Assembly: GCA_963667255.1 (NCBI GenBank)
Contig: OY762940.1
Span: 73,421 to 137,420, forward strand
DNA: 64,000 nt
Origin: Candidatus Cloacimonadota bacterium
GTDB lineage: Bacteria > Cloacimonadota > Cloacimonadia > G963667145
Reading direction: 5' to 3'
The notes beneath the pieces are model-generated. The model was not told the origin of the DNA, searched no databases, and was given only the letters and a program-made list of their open reading frames with translations. Positions 41,139 through 51,770 of this stretch are shown in pieces. Within the stretch, counting starts at the first letter, position 1. Each line of letters starts with the position of its first letter. The position numbers were made by a program, and so were the translations under genes.

Positions 41139-41360
41139 TTGACAAAGTCAGAAAAACTAATTCACTTTGCGATACCACTCGTCCAAAAAAGATTGAACTT
41201 TGCCTATGCTATATGGGCAGGTTTGGGAATCTTGGGTGTATCTTTGATAGGAATTTTCGTCTTCAAAGAACCATGCAACACTCTAAAAATAGTCTCAATC
41301 CTATTAATCGTAATCGGAGTGATTACCCTAAACATCAGCGATATTTTGATGAGAAAATAA
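41139..41360 (+). pseudogene. SMR gene 3' fragment (C-terminal 52 codons) fused to 21 unrelated codons. This is direct repeat copy 2.
   Basis: The ORF-track 73-aa product ends ...FAYAIWAGLGILGVSLIGIFVFKEPCNTLKIVSILLIVIGVITLNISDILMRK, identical to the C-terminus of the 37368..37697 product. The nucleotide repeat spans 41199..41360. Confidence 0.8.
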
Positions 41361-41365
41361 TGAAA

Positions 41366-41400
41366 AAGAGAGACCGAAAATTAGTCTCTCTTAGAATGTT
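41366..41400. terminator. Bidirectional rho-independent terminator (SMR fragment / trpB)
   Basis: AAGAGAGACCGAAAATTAGTCTCTCTTAGAATGTTTT. An 8-bp perfect stem with a T-rich tail. Confidence 0.6.
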
Positions 41401-41416
41401 TTACTCAATTCTCTTT

Positions 41417-42628
41417 TTAAATAATTCCAAACTCTTTCCCGTAAGTTTTCACGACATAGTCGATATCTTTGTCGCCTCTACCGGATAAATTCACCAAAAT
41501 CGTTTGATCTTTGGGCAAAGTCGGAGCAAGTTTGAGAGCATAAGAAATGGCATGCGAAGATTCCAAAGCAGGAATAATCCCCTCTTCTCTGGAAATTTCA
41601 AAAAAAGCACTTATGGCTTCTTTATCGTTCACACTCACATAATTCACTTTGTTCAAGTCTTTTAAAAGACAATGTTCAGGTCCGACTCCCGGGTAATCCA
41701 AACCACTGGCAACAGAGTGCACTGGCAAAGGATTCCCTTCTTCATCTTGGAGCAAATAACACTTAAAGACGTGAATCATTCCCTTGCTGCCCTTGGTCAT
41801 AGTTGCCGCATGTTCTCCATCTTTGAAGGAAATTCCGGCAGGTTCTACTCCGTAAAGTTTAACCTTTTCTTCGTCCAAAAAAGCAGAAAAAATTCCCATG
41901 GCATTACTGCCTCCGCCCACACAAGCTATCACATTGTCAGGCAACGAATTGGTCATCTCTCTAAATTGCTCTTTGGCTTCCCTGCCGACAATGGACTGAA
42001 AATCTCGCACCATCATCGGAAAAGGATGAGGTCCAACTACCGAGCCGATAGCATAAAGTTGATTTATCGGGTCTTTTAGATAAGCCTGAAAAGCCACATC
42101 AACCGCTTCTTTCAAAGATTTTCCACCAACACTCACAGGAATGACATTCGCTCCCAAAATCTTCATTCTAATCACATTCGGATGCTCTTTTTCAATGTCA
42201 ATTTCGCCCATATAAATATCGCATTCCATCCCAAACAAAGCTGCCACAGTTGCCAAAGCAACTCCGTGTTGACCTGCTCCGGTTTCGGCAATTACCTTCT
42301 TCTTGCCCATTTTTTTTGCCAAAAGCACTTCGCCCAAGCAATGATTGATTTTGTGAGCACCAGTGTGGTTCAAATCTTCCCTTTTGAAATAAATTTGAGC
42401 ACCTTGCAATTTTTCGCTCAAAGATTTGGCAAAATAAACAGGGCTTGGTCTTCCCGTGTAATGCTTGTTCAAGTCGCTCAACTCTTGCAAAAAGGACTCG
42501 TCTTGTCTGATTTTCAAATATGCTTCTTCTATTTCTTTCAGCACTTTTTCCAGCTCGGGTGGCACGAAAACTCCGCCAAATTCTCCAAAATATCCATCTT
42601 GCGGTTGTGAATTTATATTATATTTCAT
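41417..42628 (-). CDS. trpB: Tryptophan synthase beta chain (TrpB1-type), with no adjacent trpA
   Basis: 403 aa. PLP-lysine motif [22 protein letters not shown]. Full-length TrpB. Confidence 0.9.
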   Translation of the reverse strand: MKYNINSQPQDGYFGEFGGVFVPPELEKVLKEIEEAYLKIRQDESFLQELSDLNKHYTGRPSPVYFAKSLSEKLQGAQIYFKREDLNHTGAHKINHCLGEVLLAKKMGKKKVIAETGAGQHGVALATVAALFGMECDIYMGEIDIEKEHPNVIRMKILGANVIPVSVGGKSLKEAVDVAFQAYLKDPINQLYAIGSVVGPHPFPMMVRDFQSIVGREAKEQFREMTNSLPDNVIACVGGGSNAMGIFSAFLDEEKVKLYGVEPAGISFKDGEHAATMTKGSKGMIHVFKCYLLQDEEGNPLPVHSVASGLDYPGVGPEHCLLKDLNKVNYVSVNDKEAISAFFEISREEGIIPALESSHAISYALKLAPTLPKDQTILVNLSGRGDKDIDYVVKTYGKEFGII

Positions 42629-42871
42629 AATCTACTCCTATGATTAAAGTTATGTTTTTTGTTTTGAAAATATTATTTTTTGGAAAAGATAAACTTTACA
42701 TTTCCAAATTTTTTAAAATACTATGATATTTTTAAGGGGGTTTTGAGTTTGTATATTTTTTAGACAGGCCAATGCCAAAGACAAGTTTGCCAAAGAGATT
42801 TTGCTTTTAAATTTGGATTTAACGATAAAATTAATTGTTTTTTCATAAGTCAATTCTCCTTTGCATTCTAT

Positions 42872-43444
42872 TTGCCCCGAGAAACGAAACTCAACTCTGA
42901 TGTCAAGCAAAAAATAGTCTCCCAGCGAAAACCAAAAGTAAACTTGACAAAAAGTAACTACTACAAATCAAATTATACAAAAATTTTCGAGGTCAAAATG
43001 ATATTCGACAAAATTGAAAACTACCAACTTTACGCTAATCTTAACGAAAAAATAAGCAAAGCGTTCGACTTCCTCGTGGATAACGACTTGAACAAAATGG
43101 AATTGGGGAAGCACACCATTGACGGCGAAGAGATTTTTGCCCTCTTGCAAGAATACGAAACCAAGAATTTGGACGACGGAAAGTTGGAAAAGCATTTCCA
43201 ATACTTCGACCTGCAATATATGGTAAAAGGCACAGAACTAATCGGCATTGCCTCATTTGCAAATCAAAAGTTGCTGGAAGAGAACCGAAACGAAGATTAC
43301 GGCTTTTATGTCGGAGATAGCTCACTAATCAAAATCGAAGAAGGACAATTTTTCATCTTCTTCCCCGATGACCTGCATATGCCATGCATCAAGTTTGAAC
43401 AGACTGCAAAAGTCAGGAAAGTGGTTGTTAAAATTAAATTATAA
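42872..43444 (+). CDS. YhcH/YjgK/YiaL-family protein (DUF386, TabA-like)
   Basis: 190 aa. Conserved C-terminal FFIFFPDDLHMP motif of this family. Confidence 0.65.
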   Translation: MPRETKLNSDVKQKIVSQRKPKVNLTKSNYYKSNYTKIFEVKMIFDKIENYQLYANLNEKISKAFDFLVDNDLNKMELGKHTIDGEEIFALLQEYETKNLDDGKLEKHFQYFDLQYMVKGTELIGIASFANQKLLEENRNEDYGFYVGDSSLIKIEEGQFFIFFPDDLHMPCIKFEQTAKVRKVVVKIKL

Positions 43445-43565
43445 ACCTATTGCAAAAGACCTTGAAGTTTTTTAATCTTTCGCCGATAACAGATTTTTAT
43501 TTGACAAATTTTTAGGTGTCTCTCTTTTTCGGAATCGTAAATAAATCTTCAGTTAGGAGAAAGGA

Positions 43566-44168
43566 TTGAAATCGAATAAACCGCCATTCCGCTTAATGAC
43601 AATCAAGAATTTAATCCATTTCTTTCTTCTGTCTCTTTTCCTTGTTTCCTCCGGATGTGCCTCTCTACAAGCCTCCTATTATGTTCTGACCGCTAATTTT
43701 GACGGGGAAACCGTCCTCCAAAGAGAACAAGAAGTTCAAACGCAACTAAAGCACATAATCAAAAACGCTAATCTGTTTATCATCAGAGCTTACTCTCGCT
43801 CAGCCATCTCCCCCAATATCAAAAAAACTAAAGACACCACTCACAGCTTTTATGTGTTCCTGAATAGAAATGGCAATTTCAAAACTCTCAGCTTTTGTGC
43901 AACTCGCAAAATGCCCTCTTCAGAAGGTGCATGGGCTCTGAATACAAATACGGATGTCGAGTCTTATGAGAACTACATTCACAAAAAAAATAATTGGTCT
44001 GTAGAAGAGATAAAACCCAGAAATGGCATCAGCACGCTGAAAACAGCTGAAAAAATTTTGGCAAAAATCAATAGCAACAGCACTTATTATTTCCGCTCCA
44101 CACCTAACGAAAACGACGAAACAGACAATTGCAATACCGCCCTTTTGGAAACTCTCGTAGCAAATTAA
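43566..44168 (+). CDS. Hypothetical lipoprotein
   Basis: 200 aa. Signal peptide plus lipobox LVSSGCASL. Confidence 0.5.
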   Translation: MKSNKPPFRLMTIKNLIHFFLLSLFLVSSGCASLQASYYVLTANFDGETVLQREQEVQTQLKHIIKNANLFIIRAYSRSAISPNIKKTKDTTHSFYVFLNRNGNFKTLSFCATRKMPSSEGAWALNTNTDVESYENYIHKKNNWSVEEIKPRNGISTLKTAEKILAKINSNSTYYFRSTPNENDETDNCNTALLETLVAN

Positions 44169-44435
44169 TCCTAACATCGTGCCTTGCAACTATGGACTGT
44201 AATGACCCATCTCAAAAATTTATTTTAATTTATAATTTGACAATAGTTAAGCAAAAACGCTTCTGTCTATCATAGTGATACAGTCGCTTTTAACATCGGT
44301 TTTTGTAGTAAAATATCTTTGCCTTATCATCAGTTATTTGATTCTTGCTTAGAATAAGAATTGAGTTCATTTTATCAGTAAAGAACCTTTCAAAAAGATG
44401 TATTGTGTTAAATTTATTCTAAGGAGTCCTAAAAA

Positions 44436-44636
44436 ATGGAACAAGGAACTGTTAAGTGGTTTAACGATACCAAAGGCTTTGGTTTTATCCAAAGAGACAA
44501 TGGTGGTGATCTTTTCGTTCATCATTCTAGCATCGTTGCAGAGGGTTTCAAAACTCTTGCAGAAGGAGCTCGCGTTTCTTTTGATGTTGAGGAGAGTGAC
44601 AAAGGTCCTCGTGCAGCCTCTGTAAAAGTTATCTAA
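44436..44636 (+). CDS. Cold-shock protein (CspA family)
   Basis: 66 aa. RNP motifs [15 protein letters not shown] and DLFVHHS. Long AT-rich 5' UTR. Confidence 0.9.
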   Translation: MEQGTVKWFNDTKGFGFIQRDNGGDLFVHHSSIVAEGFKTLAEGARVSFDVEESDKGPRAASVKVI

Positions 44637-44812
44637 TTTATAATAGTAAGAGACTTTTAAAGCTATCCATTTTTGGGTAGCTTTTTGTTTAGACAAATCT
44701 TTGACAATTACACAACTGCAAATTTATAGGTTGCAAAAGTGTAGAAACTCTTTTATCTCAAAAATTTTGAGAAATTAAAATCCAAACCAAATCCGAGGAA
44801 GGTAATTTAAAA

Positions 44813-46348
44813 ATGGAAAAAACCGAAACAGTTATCATCATAGATTTTGGCGGTCAATACAAACAACTCATTGCCAGAAGAGTAAGAGAAGCAAGCGTTT
44901 ATTGTCAGATATTGTCCTATACAACACCACTGGAGAAGATACTGTCTTTTGAGCCAAAAGCACTGATTTTTACAGGCGGACCTTCCAGCGTTTACGAAGA
45001 GAAATCTCCGCAAATTGACAAAAAAATCTTCGAACTGGGCATTCCCATTTTGGGAATTTGCTATGGCGGACAATTAATCGCTCACTATTTCGGCGGAACT
45101 GTAACTCAAGCAAATCAAAGAGAATACGGCAAAATCGAACTCAATCACAACCCAGAGAACGCCCTTTTCAAAAAATTGCCCAATCCTTCCACAGTTTGGA
45201 TGAGCCATACGGATTTCATCGAGTCCACTCCAAAAGGCTTTGAAATTACTGCTTCCACGAAACATTGTCCTGTAGCCGCATTGCAAAACAGCGAAAAGAA
45301 AATCTATGCTGTGCAATTCCACCCAGAAGTGGAGCACACCCAAATGGGTAGCCAGATAATCAGAAATTTCCTTTTTGAGATTTGCAACCTGAAAGGCGAC
45401 TGGAATATGAGCAGTTTTACCCATACGGCTATCGAGCAAGTGAAAAGCACCGTGCAGGACAAGAAAATCATCTGTGCTCTCTCCGGCGGTGTCGATTCGT
45501 CCGTAGCAGCGGTTTTGGTGCATCAAGCCTGCAAAGATAATCTGACCTGCATCTTCGTCGATCACGGACTTTTGCGACAAAACGAAGCCCAAGAAATAGA
45601 AGAATTGTTCCGAGATAAATTCCACTTAAACTTAATCTGTGTAAATGCAAAACAACGCTTTCTCTCTAAGTTGCAAGGAGTTAGCGACCCCGAGCGGAAA
45701 AGAAAAATTATCGGCGAAGAGTTCATCAGAGTTTTCGAGGAAGAAGCGTCCAAATTGGGCAAAATCGATTTTTTGGTGCAAGGAACTGTCTACCCCGATG
45801 TCATCGAGAGTGGCACGGATACCGCTTCGGTTATCAAGAGTCACCACAATGTGGGCGGGCTGCCTGACGATGTGCAATTCAAACTCATCGAACCTCTGCG
45901 AGAGCTTTTCAAAGACGAAGTTCGCCAAGTTGGTTTGGAGTTGGGGTTGCCCGAAGAAGTGGTGTGGAGACAGCCTTTCCCCGGTCCGGGACTCGCCATC
46001 AGGATTTTGGGTGAGATCACCGAAGAGAAAATCGCCCTCGTGCAAAAGTCTGACGCCATCCTTCGCGAAGAGATAAAAATCGCCGGATTGGACAGAGAGA
46101 TTTGGCAATATTTCACCGCTCTGCCGAACATAAAAAGCGTAGGCGTGATGGGCGACCAAAGGACATACTGCCACACTATCGCCATCCGAGCGGTGACCAG
46201 TAGCGACGGGATGACCAGCCAAGTGGCTCAAATCCCTTATCCTGTCTTGGAAAAAATATCTTCTCGGATAGTGAACGAAATCGAGAAAATCAACCGCGTA
46301 GTTTACGATATCACGAGCAAACCACCGTCAACTATCGAGTGGGAGTAG
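44813..46348 (+). CDS. guaA: GMP synthase (glutamine-hydrolysing)
   Basis: 511 aa. GATase catalytic-Cys region (GICYGGQL). PP-loop SGGVDSSV. C-terminal dimerization domain ending PPSTIEWE. Confidence 0.9.
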   Translation: MEKTETVIIIDFGGQYKQLIARRVREASVYCQILSYTTPLEKILSFEPKALIFTGGPSSVYEEKSPQIDKKIFELGIPILGICYGGQLIAHYFGGTVTQANQREYGKIELNHNPENALFKKLPNPSTVWMSHTDFIESTPKGFEITASTKHCPVAALQNSEKKIYAVQFHPEVEHTQMGSQIIRNFLFEICNLKGDWNMSSFTHTAIEQVKSTVQDKKIICALSGGVDSSVAAVLVHQACKDNLTCIFVDHGLLRQNEAQEIEELFRDKFHLNLICVNAKQRFLSKLQGVSDPERKRKIIGEEFIRVFEEEASKLGKIDFLVQGTVYPDVIESGTDTASVIKSHHNVGGLPDDVQFKLIEPLRELFKDEVRQVGLELGLPEEVVWRQPFPGPGLAIRILGEITEEKIALVQKSDAILREEIKIAGLDREIWQYFTALPNIKSVGVMGDQRTYCHTIAIRAVTSSDGMTSQVAQIPYPVLEKISSRIVNEIEKINRVVYDITSKPPSTIEWE

Positions 46349-47071
46349 TTAGAGAAGATTTTTGAAAACTTCCCCGATTTTAGCATTGATTACCAAATTC
46401 GCTTGAGTGTCGATTTGGGTTTCGCCCTTGTTGATTAGCACCAATTTATTTCCACGATAATATTGCACCAAGCCAGCTGCGGGATAAACCACCAAAGAAG
46501 TTCCACCGATAATCAACATTTCGGCATTTTTAATAGCTTCAACTGCTCCTTTGATAACTTCTTGGTCTAAGCCTTCTTCATACAGCACCACATCAGGCTT
46601 GATGATGCCACCACACTCGCACAAAGGCACACCATCACAACTTGCCACAGCCTCCACAGGATAAAACTTGCTACACTTCTGACAATAGTTTCGCAAAACC
46701 GAGCCATGCAACTCATAAACCATCTTGCTTCCGGCAGCCTGATGAAGCCCGTCAACATTCTGCGTAACCACAGCTCTCAGCTTCCCTTGCTTCTCAATCT
46801 CCGCCAAAGCCAAATGAGCAGAGTTCGGCTTCGCATCAAGAGACAAAACTTTGTCCCGATAAAAAGTAAAAAACTTTTTCGGCTCTTTTTCAAAAAACGA
46901 ATGGCTCAACATATACTCGGGCGAATATTTGTATTTCTGCTTATAAAGTCCGTTGGGACTGCGAAAATCGGGAATCCCGCTCTCCGTGGAAACTCCTGCT
47001 CCTCCAAAGAAAACTATGTTATCACAACCATCTATCATCTTCTTCAATTGCAAAATCTTGTCGTTCATCAT
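46349..47071 (-). CDS. cobB: NAD-dependent protein deacylase (SIR2 family)
   Basis: 240 aa. GAGVSTESGIPDFR motif. Zn-binding Cys pairs (CQKC...CECGG). Confidence 0.85.
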   Translation of the reverse strand: MMNDKILQLKKMIDGCDNIVFFGGAGVSTESGIPDFRSPNGLYKQKYKYSPEYMLSHSFFEKEPKKFFTFYRDKVLSLDAKPNSAHLALAEIEKQGKLRAVVTQNVDGLHQAAGSKMVYELHGSVLRNYCQKCSKFYPVEAVASCDGVPLCECGGIIKPDVVLYEEGLDQEVIKGAVEAIKNAEMLIIGGTSLVVYPAAGLVQYYRGNKLVLINKGETQIDTQANLVINAKIGEVFKNLL

Positions 47072-47101
47072 CTCAATTTCCTCTCCAAAACCACAAACAA
47101 A

Positions 47102-47575
47102 CTAACTACAAATCTTCTTCACTATCTCTATTGGAACGGAAGTTCGCTTGGCAACCTCTTCCAAATTCATACCCGAAGCGAAAAATCTCCTCACAAAGCA
47201 CGGAACGCTTTCGCCTATTTCCACCAAATTCCCCTCAGGGTCATAAAATCTAATCGTCCTCTGACCCCACGGCTCCTCTTGCTCACGATGTAAATATTTT
47301 GGGCTATACTCGGCAATCTTTTTTAAGACTTCATCAAAACTCTCAGTCTCAAAACAAATCTCCAAATTCTGATTGCCATTTTCGCTAAATTTCCTACCCA
47401 ATTTTGCCGTTATCGGCATCTCCTCATTCAGTTCCCACAGTGCAATCCCACACTTAAATCCAATGCAACCACCAAAATCAACCTCAATTTCTTGCTCCAA
47501 CACATCCCGATAAAAAATTTTCATCTCTTCCAAGTTTTTTACCATCAACACACTCGAACTAAAATTTATCGCCAT
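47102..47575 (-). CDS. VOC (glyoxalase/bleomycin-resistance) family protein
   Basis: 157 aa. Paired beta-alpha-beta-beta-beta module pattern typical of VOC proteins. Low-specificity call. Confidence 0.55.
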   Translation of the reverse strand: MAINFSSSVLMVKNLEEMKIFYRDVLEQEIEVDFGGCIGFKCGIALWELNEEMPITAKLGRKFSENGNQNLEICFETESFDEVLKKIAEYSPKYLHREQEEPWGQRTIRFYDPEGNLVEIGESVPCFVRRFFASGMNLEEVAKRTSVPIEIVKKICS

Positions 47576-47665
47576 ATCTCCCCCTTATTTTGCCAATAAA
47601 AAATCCACTCACAAAAAATGCAAGTGGATAGGAATTATTTTGAATTATTAACAGAGTTTAGCCCT

Positions 47666-48157
47666 CTATTCCAAAATTTTCTCATAAAACTGTTCGGTTA
47701 GATTTCTTCCCCAAATTTTATGGACAACATCCTCTTTCCAAATAAACCCATTTTTTTTATATATGCTAATTGCTTGCACTAATTCATCTTCAGTCCACAA
47801 AATTATCTTACAATAATTCATCTCTCTGGCAAACTCAATTGCGTTCTGAATTAGCTGCCTGCCAATTCCCAAACCTTGAAGTGAACTATCCAAAATAAAC
47901 CATCTCAATTGAGCTGTGTCAGAGTCTTTTTTTACTATTGCTATGCAACCCAAAACTTTGCCTGCTGATTTAACAATCCAAATTCTTTCATCTCGTTCAT
48001 CTCGTGAAGCAAAATCGACCAAAGGAGAAGCAACATACGATTCAAATGTGTCATCATACCCATAATTTTTGTTATAATACTCAACATGCAGTTTGATAAC
48101 TCCTTGAATATCAACAGAGTCAATGCTATTAGTTATTATAAAATCACTTTCTCTCAT
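47666..48157 (-). CDS. GNAT family N-acetyltransferase
   Basis: 163 aa. Acetyl-CoA-binding motif LQGLGIGRQLIQNAIEFAR (Q/RxxGxG/A). Confidence 0.75.
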   Translation of the reverse strand: MRESDFIITNSIDSVDIQGVIKLHVEYYNKNYGYDDTFESYVASPLVDFASRDERDERIWIVKSAGKVLGCIAIVKKDSDTAQLRWFILDSSLQGLGIGRQLIQNAIEFAREMNYCKIILWTEDELVQAISIYKKNGFIWKEDVVHKIWGRNLTEQFYEKILE

Positions 48158-48437
48158 AAAAAACTTTCCCTACACTTTTGATATGCTCAATTAAATCAGA
48201 ATTTTCTATCTTATCAAAAATAGAAACATCAAAATTGTATGGTAACAACAAATTATCAAACTCAACTTCAATTTTAAAAAGAGTGTTCAAGCTCAATCCG
48301 TCACCAATCAAACTAATATCAATGTCAGAATTTTTTTGATAATTCCCCATTGCACGAGAACCATACAAGACCGCCTTATGAATTTCAGGAAAATTTACAA
48401 AAACCCGCTTTATTCTATCTATATTTTCTTGTCGCAA
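48144..48437 (-). CDS. Minimal nucleotidyltransferase (MNT, Pol-beta superfamily) domain protein
   Basis: 97 aa. GSRAMGN...SDIDIS motif (GS-x9-13-DxD). Overlaps the downstream GNAT start by 14 nt. Confidence 0.7.
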   Translation of the reverse strand: MRQENIDRIKRVFVNFPEIHKAVLYGSRAMGNYQKNSDIDISLIGDGLSLNTLFKIEVEFDNLLLPYNFDVSIFDKIENSDLIEHIKSVGKVFYERK

Positions 48438-48590
48438 ACCGTTGTTCCCATCTGATATCTTTTGTTTCTTCCATGTAACAGATTACCTTCACTAAAACTA
48501 TTTTGCAGTATTTCCCAAAATTCCTTTCATCGCTCCAGTCGCACCAAAAAACAAAGTGTTGATTCTTTATTAAGTTCCTTCGCCTGCTTC

Positions 48591-49418
48591 CTAAAAATTA
48601 AAGTTAACCTTTAATTCTCTCTCTTCTCCATTTCTAATAATTTTCAAAATAGATTTTTTCTGAAAATCTGGAATTGAATTCATGAGTTCAATTGCATGAT
48701 TAGCATTTCTAACAAGAACACCATCAATTTGAATAATTATATCTCCTACTAAAAGATTAGAATAAAAAGCAGGAGAATTTTCAAAAACTATGTTGATTAC
48801 TGCACCAGTATTTCTCTGAAAATAAAATCTTTGTTCTGAAGAAAGATTTCCGACACCAACACCAAATTTAAATTTCTTATTAATTTTGACAAAAAAAACT
48901 GCCAACTGATCATAGCGATCTTGATGTGTAGTAATCGGAATAGCTTTTGTCCCATATGTTGTAGCAGAACCACTATATGATCCCAAAGTCGAACTAGATC
49001 CAAGATAGCCACTAGTTAAACTACTATATGAAGTATTACCATATACATTCCCAGAAAAATAAGTAGTTTTATTATCAGGCACAAAAAAATTAGTGGTAGT
49101 AGTTCTTGTATCGGTATATGTTGAAGAAACAAGCACTAAAAGAGCTCCTACTTTTTTTGCTTGTTTGATAAGACCTCTTCTTCCTTCATACCCACCATTG
49201 AAACTTGAATATCCAATCGGTAAATATTTCATCGAACGAAGATGTTGAATATCCTTCTCAAAATTATCTGATCTAAAAATTTCAGGTTCATTTCCTTCCC
49301 CTAATGTTTCAACATCTTGAAGTTTAGAAATATCAACATATTGTTCATAAAATTTTTCATACCCACTTATAGCACAACCAAGCAGAGTAACACTAAAAAG
49401 CATCAAAAATTTTTTCAT
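48591..49418 (-). CDS. PDZ-domain lipoprotein
   Basis: 275 aa. Signal plus lipobox (LLGCAIS). C-terminal PDZ-like segment (VGDIIIQIDGVLVRNANHAIELMN). Confidence 0.55.
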   Translation of the reverse strand: MKKFLMLFSVTLLGCAISGYEKFYEQYVDISKLQDVETLGEGNEPEIFRSDNFEKDIQHLRSMKYLPIGYSSFNGGYEGRRGLIKQAKKVGALLVLVSSTYTDTRTTTTNFFVPDNKTTYFSGNVYGNTSYSSLTSGYLGSSSTLGSYSGSATTYGTKAIPITTHQDRYDQLAVFFVKINKKFKFGVGVGNLSSEQRFYFQRNTGAVINIVFENSPAFYSNLLVGDIIIQIDGVLVRNANHAIELMNSIPDFQKKSILKIIRNGEERELKVNFNF

Positions 49419-49518
49419 TCCATTTAACCCTCCCTTTTATCGAATGTAACATGTCCAAACATTGTCAGTTATGTCAAAGCTATTTTTCCCCAAAAACATC
49501 CCAATCCGAAATTACAGG

Positions 49519-49536
49519 TCAATTATCAATTATAAC
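49519..49536. repeat. 18-mer GTCAATTATCAATTATAA (copy 1 of a motif repeated downstream of RNA genes)
   Basis: Identical 18-mer at 53705..53722. A related copy lies at 59646..59664. Confidence 0.7.
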
Positions 49537-49591
49537 CTATTGAATTATCAATTAACTAAGAGGTTTTTTATTGCAAATAAAAAAGCTCTTA

Positions 49592-49712
<121 letters not shown>

Positions 49713-49877
49713 AAGAGCTTTAAACAAATCGTTATGATAAAAAAGTTGGTGAGATATTAAAAAGAAAAAAATAAGCCAATGGAACAATTAGTATCACTCG
49801 GCTGAGAGCATTACTACTCTTACACCTGTGACCTATCAACGTTGTAGTCTCCAACGGTTCTCATAGGGAAATCTATT

Positions 49878-49919
<42 letters not shown>

Positions 49920-50036
49920 TTCCAAACTTAGCTACTCGGCAATGCAGCTGACGCCACAACCGATACACCAGAGGTTTGTTCACACCGGTCCTCTCGTACT
50001 AGATGCAAATCCTCTCAAATTTCCTACTCCCACGAA

Positions 50037-50083
<47 letters not shown>

Positions 50084-50106
50084 ACTCTTTAATTGGCGAA
50101 CAGCCA

Positions 50107-50137
<31 letters not shown>

Positions 50138-50193
50138 AGTTGAGCCGACATCGAGGTGCCAAACACCGCCGTCGATATGAACTCTTAGGCGGT

Positions 50194-50226
<33 letters not shown>

Positions 50227-50384
50227 TTTGAGCAACGGCCCTTCCATACAGAGCCGCCGGATCACTAAGACCTGCTTTCGCATCTGCTCGACCCGTCAGT
50301 CTCGCAGTTAAGCTCCCTTATACCTTTATGCTCTTCGATTGATTGCCGACCAATCTGAGGGAACCTTTGTAAGCCTCCGTTACT

Positions 50385-50417
<33 letters not shown>

Positions 50418-50668
50418 ACCAGACAATGTCTGCTAGTAGGGTAACTACTAGCGTTAGTGATTCAACAACATAAGGGTGGTATTTCAAGGTTGACTCCACG
50501 GCGACTAGCGTCACCGCTTCAAAATCTCCCACCTATCCTACACATACCTCATCAAATCACAATGTCAAGCTATAGTAAAGGTTCACGGGGTCTTTCCGTC
50601 CGTTCGCGGGTAGGCGGCATCTTCACCGCCACTACAATTTCACCGAGATCCTGGTTGAGACAGTATTC

Positions 50669-50765
<97 letters not shown>

Positions 50766-51461
50766 ACTCAAGAGCTTGCACTCTCTCACTTAACCTTCCG
50801 GCACCGGGCAGGTGTCAGTCTATATACTTTCTTTTGCAAGTTTGCATAGACCTGTGTTTTTGATAAACAGTCGCTTGAATCTTTTCACTGCGGCCGGGGG
50901 CATGCTCATACCGCGAAGGTAATCACTTCCCCCGGCACCCCTTCTCCCGAAGTTACGGGGTCAATATGCCGAGTTCCTTAACCAGAATTCTCTCGAACAC
51001 CTTAGGATACTCTCCTCACCCACCTGAGTCGGTTTGGGGTACGGTCTGTTATGACATAAACGCTTAGAAGTTATTTCTTGGCAGCACTATAGGTGGACTT
51101 TGCGAGCATAAGCTCTCGTCCTGTGTCTCAGAATATTGCTCGGCGGATTTGCCAACCGAACTTCTTACGCACATTCAACACCACTTTCAGCCGGTGTCTC
51201 CACTGCAACGCCGCGTCACTCCATCACTTCCCATAACAGGTTCTGGAATATTAACCAGATTCCCATCAGCTACCCTGGAAACCAGACTCGCCTTAGGGGC
51301 CGACTAACCCTGAGCAGATTTTCTTTACTCAGGAAACCTTGGGTTTTCGGTGTGCGGACTTCTCATCCGCATTATCGCTACTCATGCTAGCATTCTCTCT
51401 TGTAGCCACTCCAGCATCTCTTACAAGACACCTTCAACGCCGACTACAATGCTCTCCTACC

Positions 51462-51770
51462 CCAAGCACCTATTTTTAACTTCAAACTTTATCAGAATTT
51501 TCAACTCTCTTTAATAAATGTCTTTTAGAATTGCCATTCTGTTTCAGCATTCTTTCTCTTTTTCTCGCATCACTTTCCGATAAATAAGCTTCATAATATA
51601 CAAGCTTCCAATTACCAAAACTTGTATACTCACTCTTACCACTCAAATGCTCAGAAATCCGTCATTTTAAATCCTTGGTGTAACCAATATAATGTAAGTT
51701 TCTATTTATTTCAGTAAATAGACATCATACATAGCTACTCCTTAATTCAAAATTAAAAATAGGTGCTTGG
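51462..51770 (-). mobile_element. 23S rRNA intervening sequence (IVS) at the helix-45 region, bounded by 18-bp perfect inverted repeats
   Basis: CCAAGCACCTATTTTTAA at 51462-51479 and TTAAAAATAGGTGCTTGG at 51753-51770. It interrupts the otherwise conserved ...ACCGAAATCGCGG | GGTAGGAGAGCATTG... 23S sequence. Confidence 0.8.
51482..51732 (-). pseudogene. Degenerate GIY-YIG nuclease-family gene inside the IVS, with two frame disruptions
   Basis: AAGGAG RBS, then ATG: MYDVYLLK*. Frame shift: NRNLHYIGYTKDLK*. Frame shift: RISEHLSGKSEYTSFGNWKLVYYEAYLSESDARKRERMLKQNGNSKRHLLKRVENSDKV*. These pieces match the GIY...YIG...R...E...N layout of small GIY-YIG proteins. Confidence 0.7.

Noticed and set aside
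41108-41488. 126-aa plus-strand ORF spanning the SMR repeat copy 2.
   Set aside because: It is a frame artefact overlapping the SMR-fragment frame and the terminator. Only the in-frame SMR C-terminal fragment (41139-41360) is meaningful, and that is a pseudogene.
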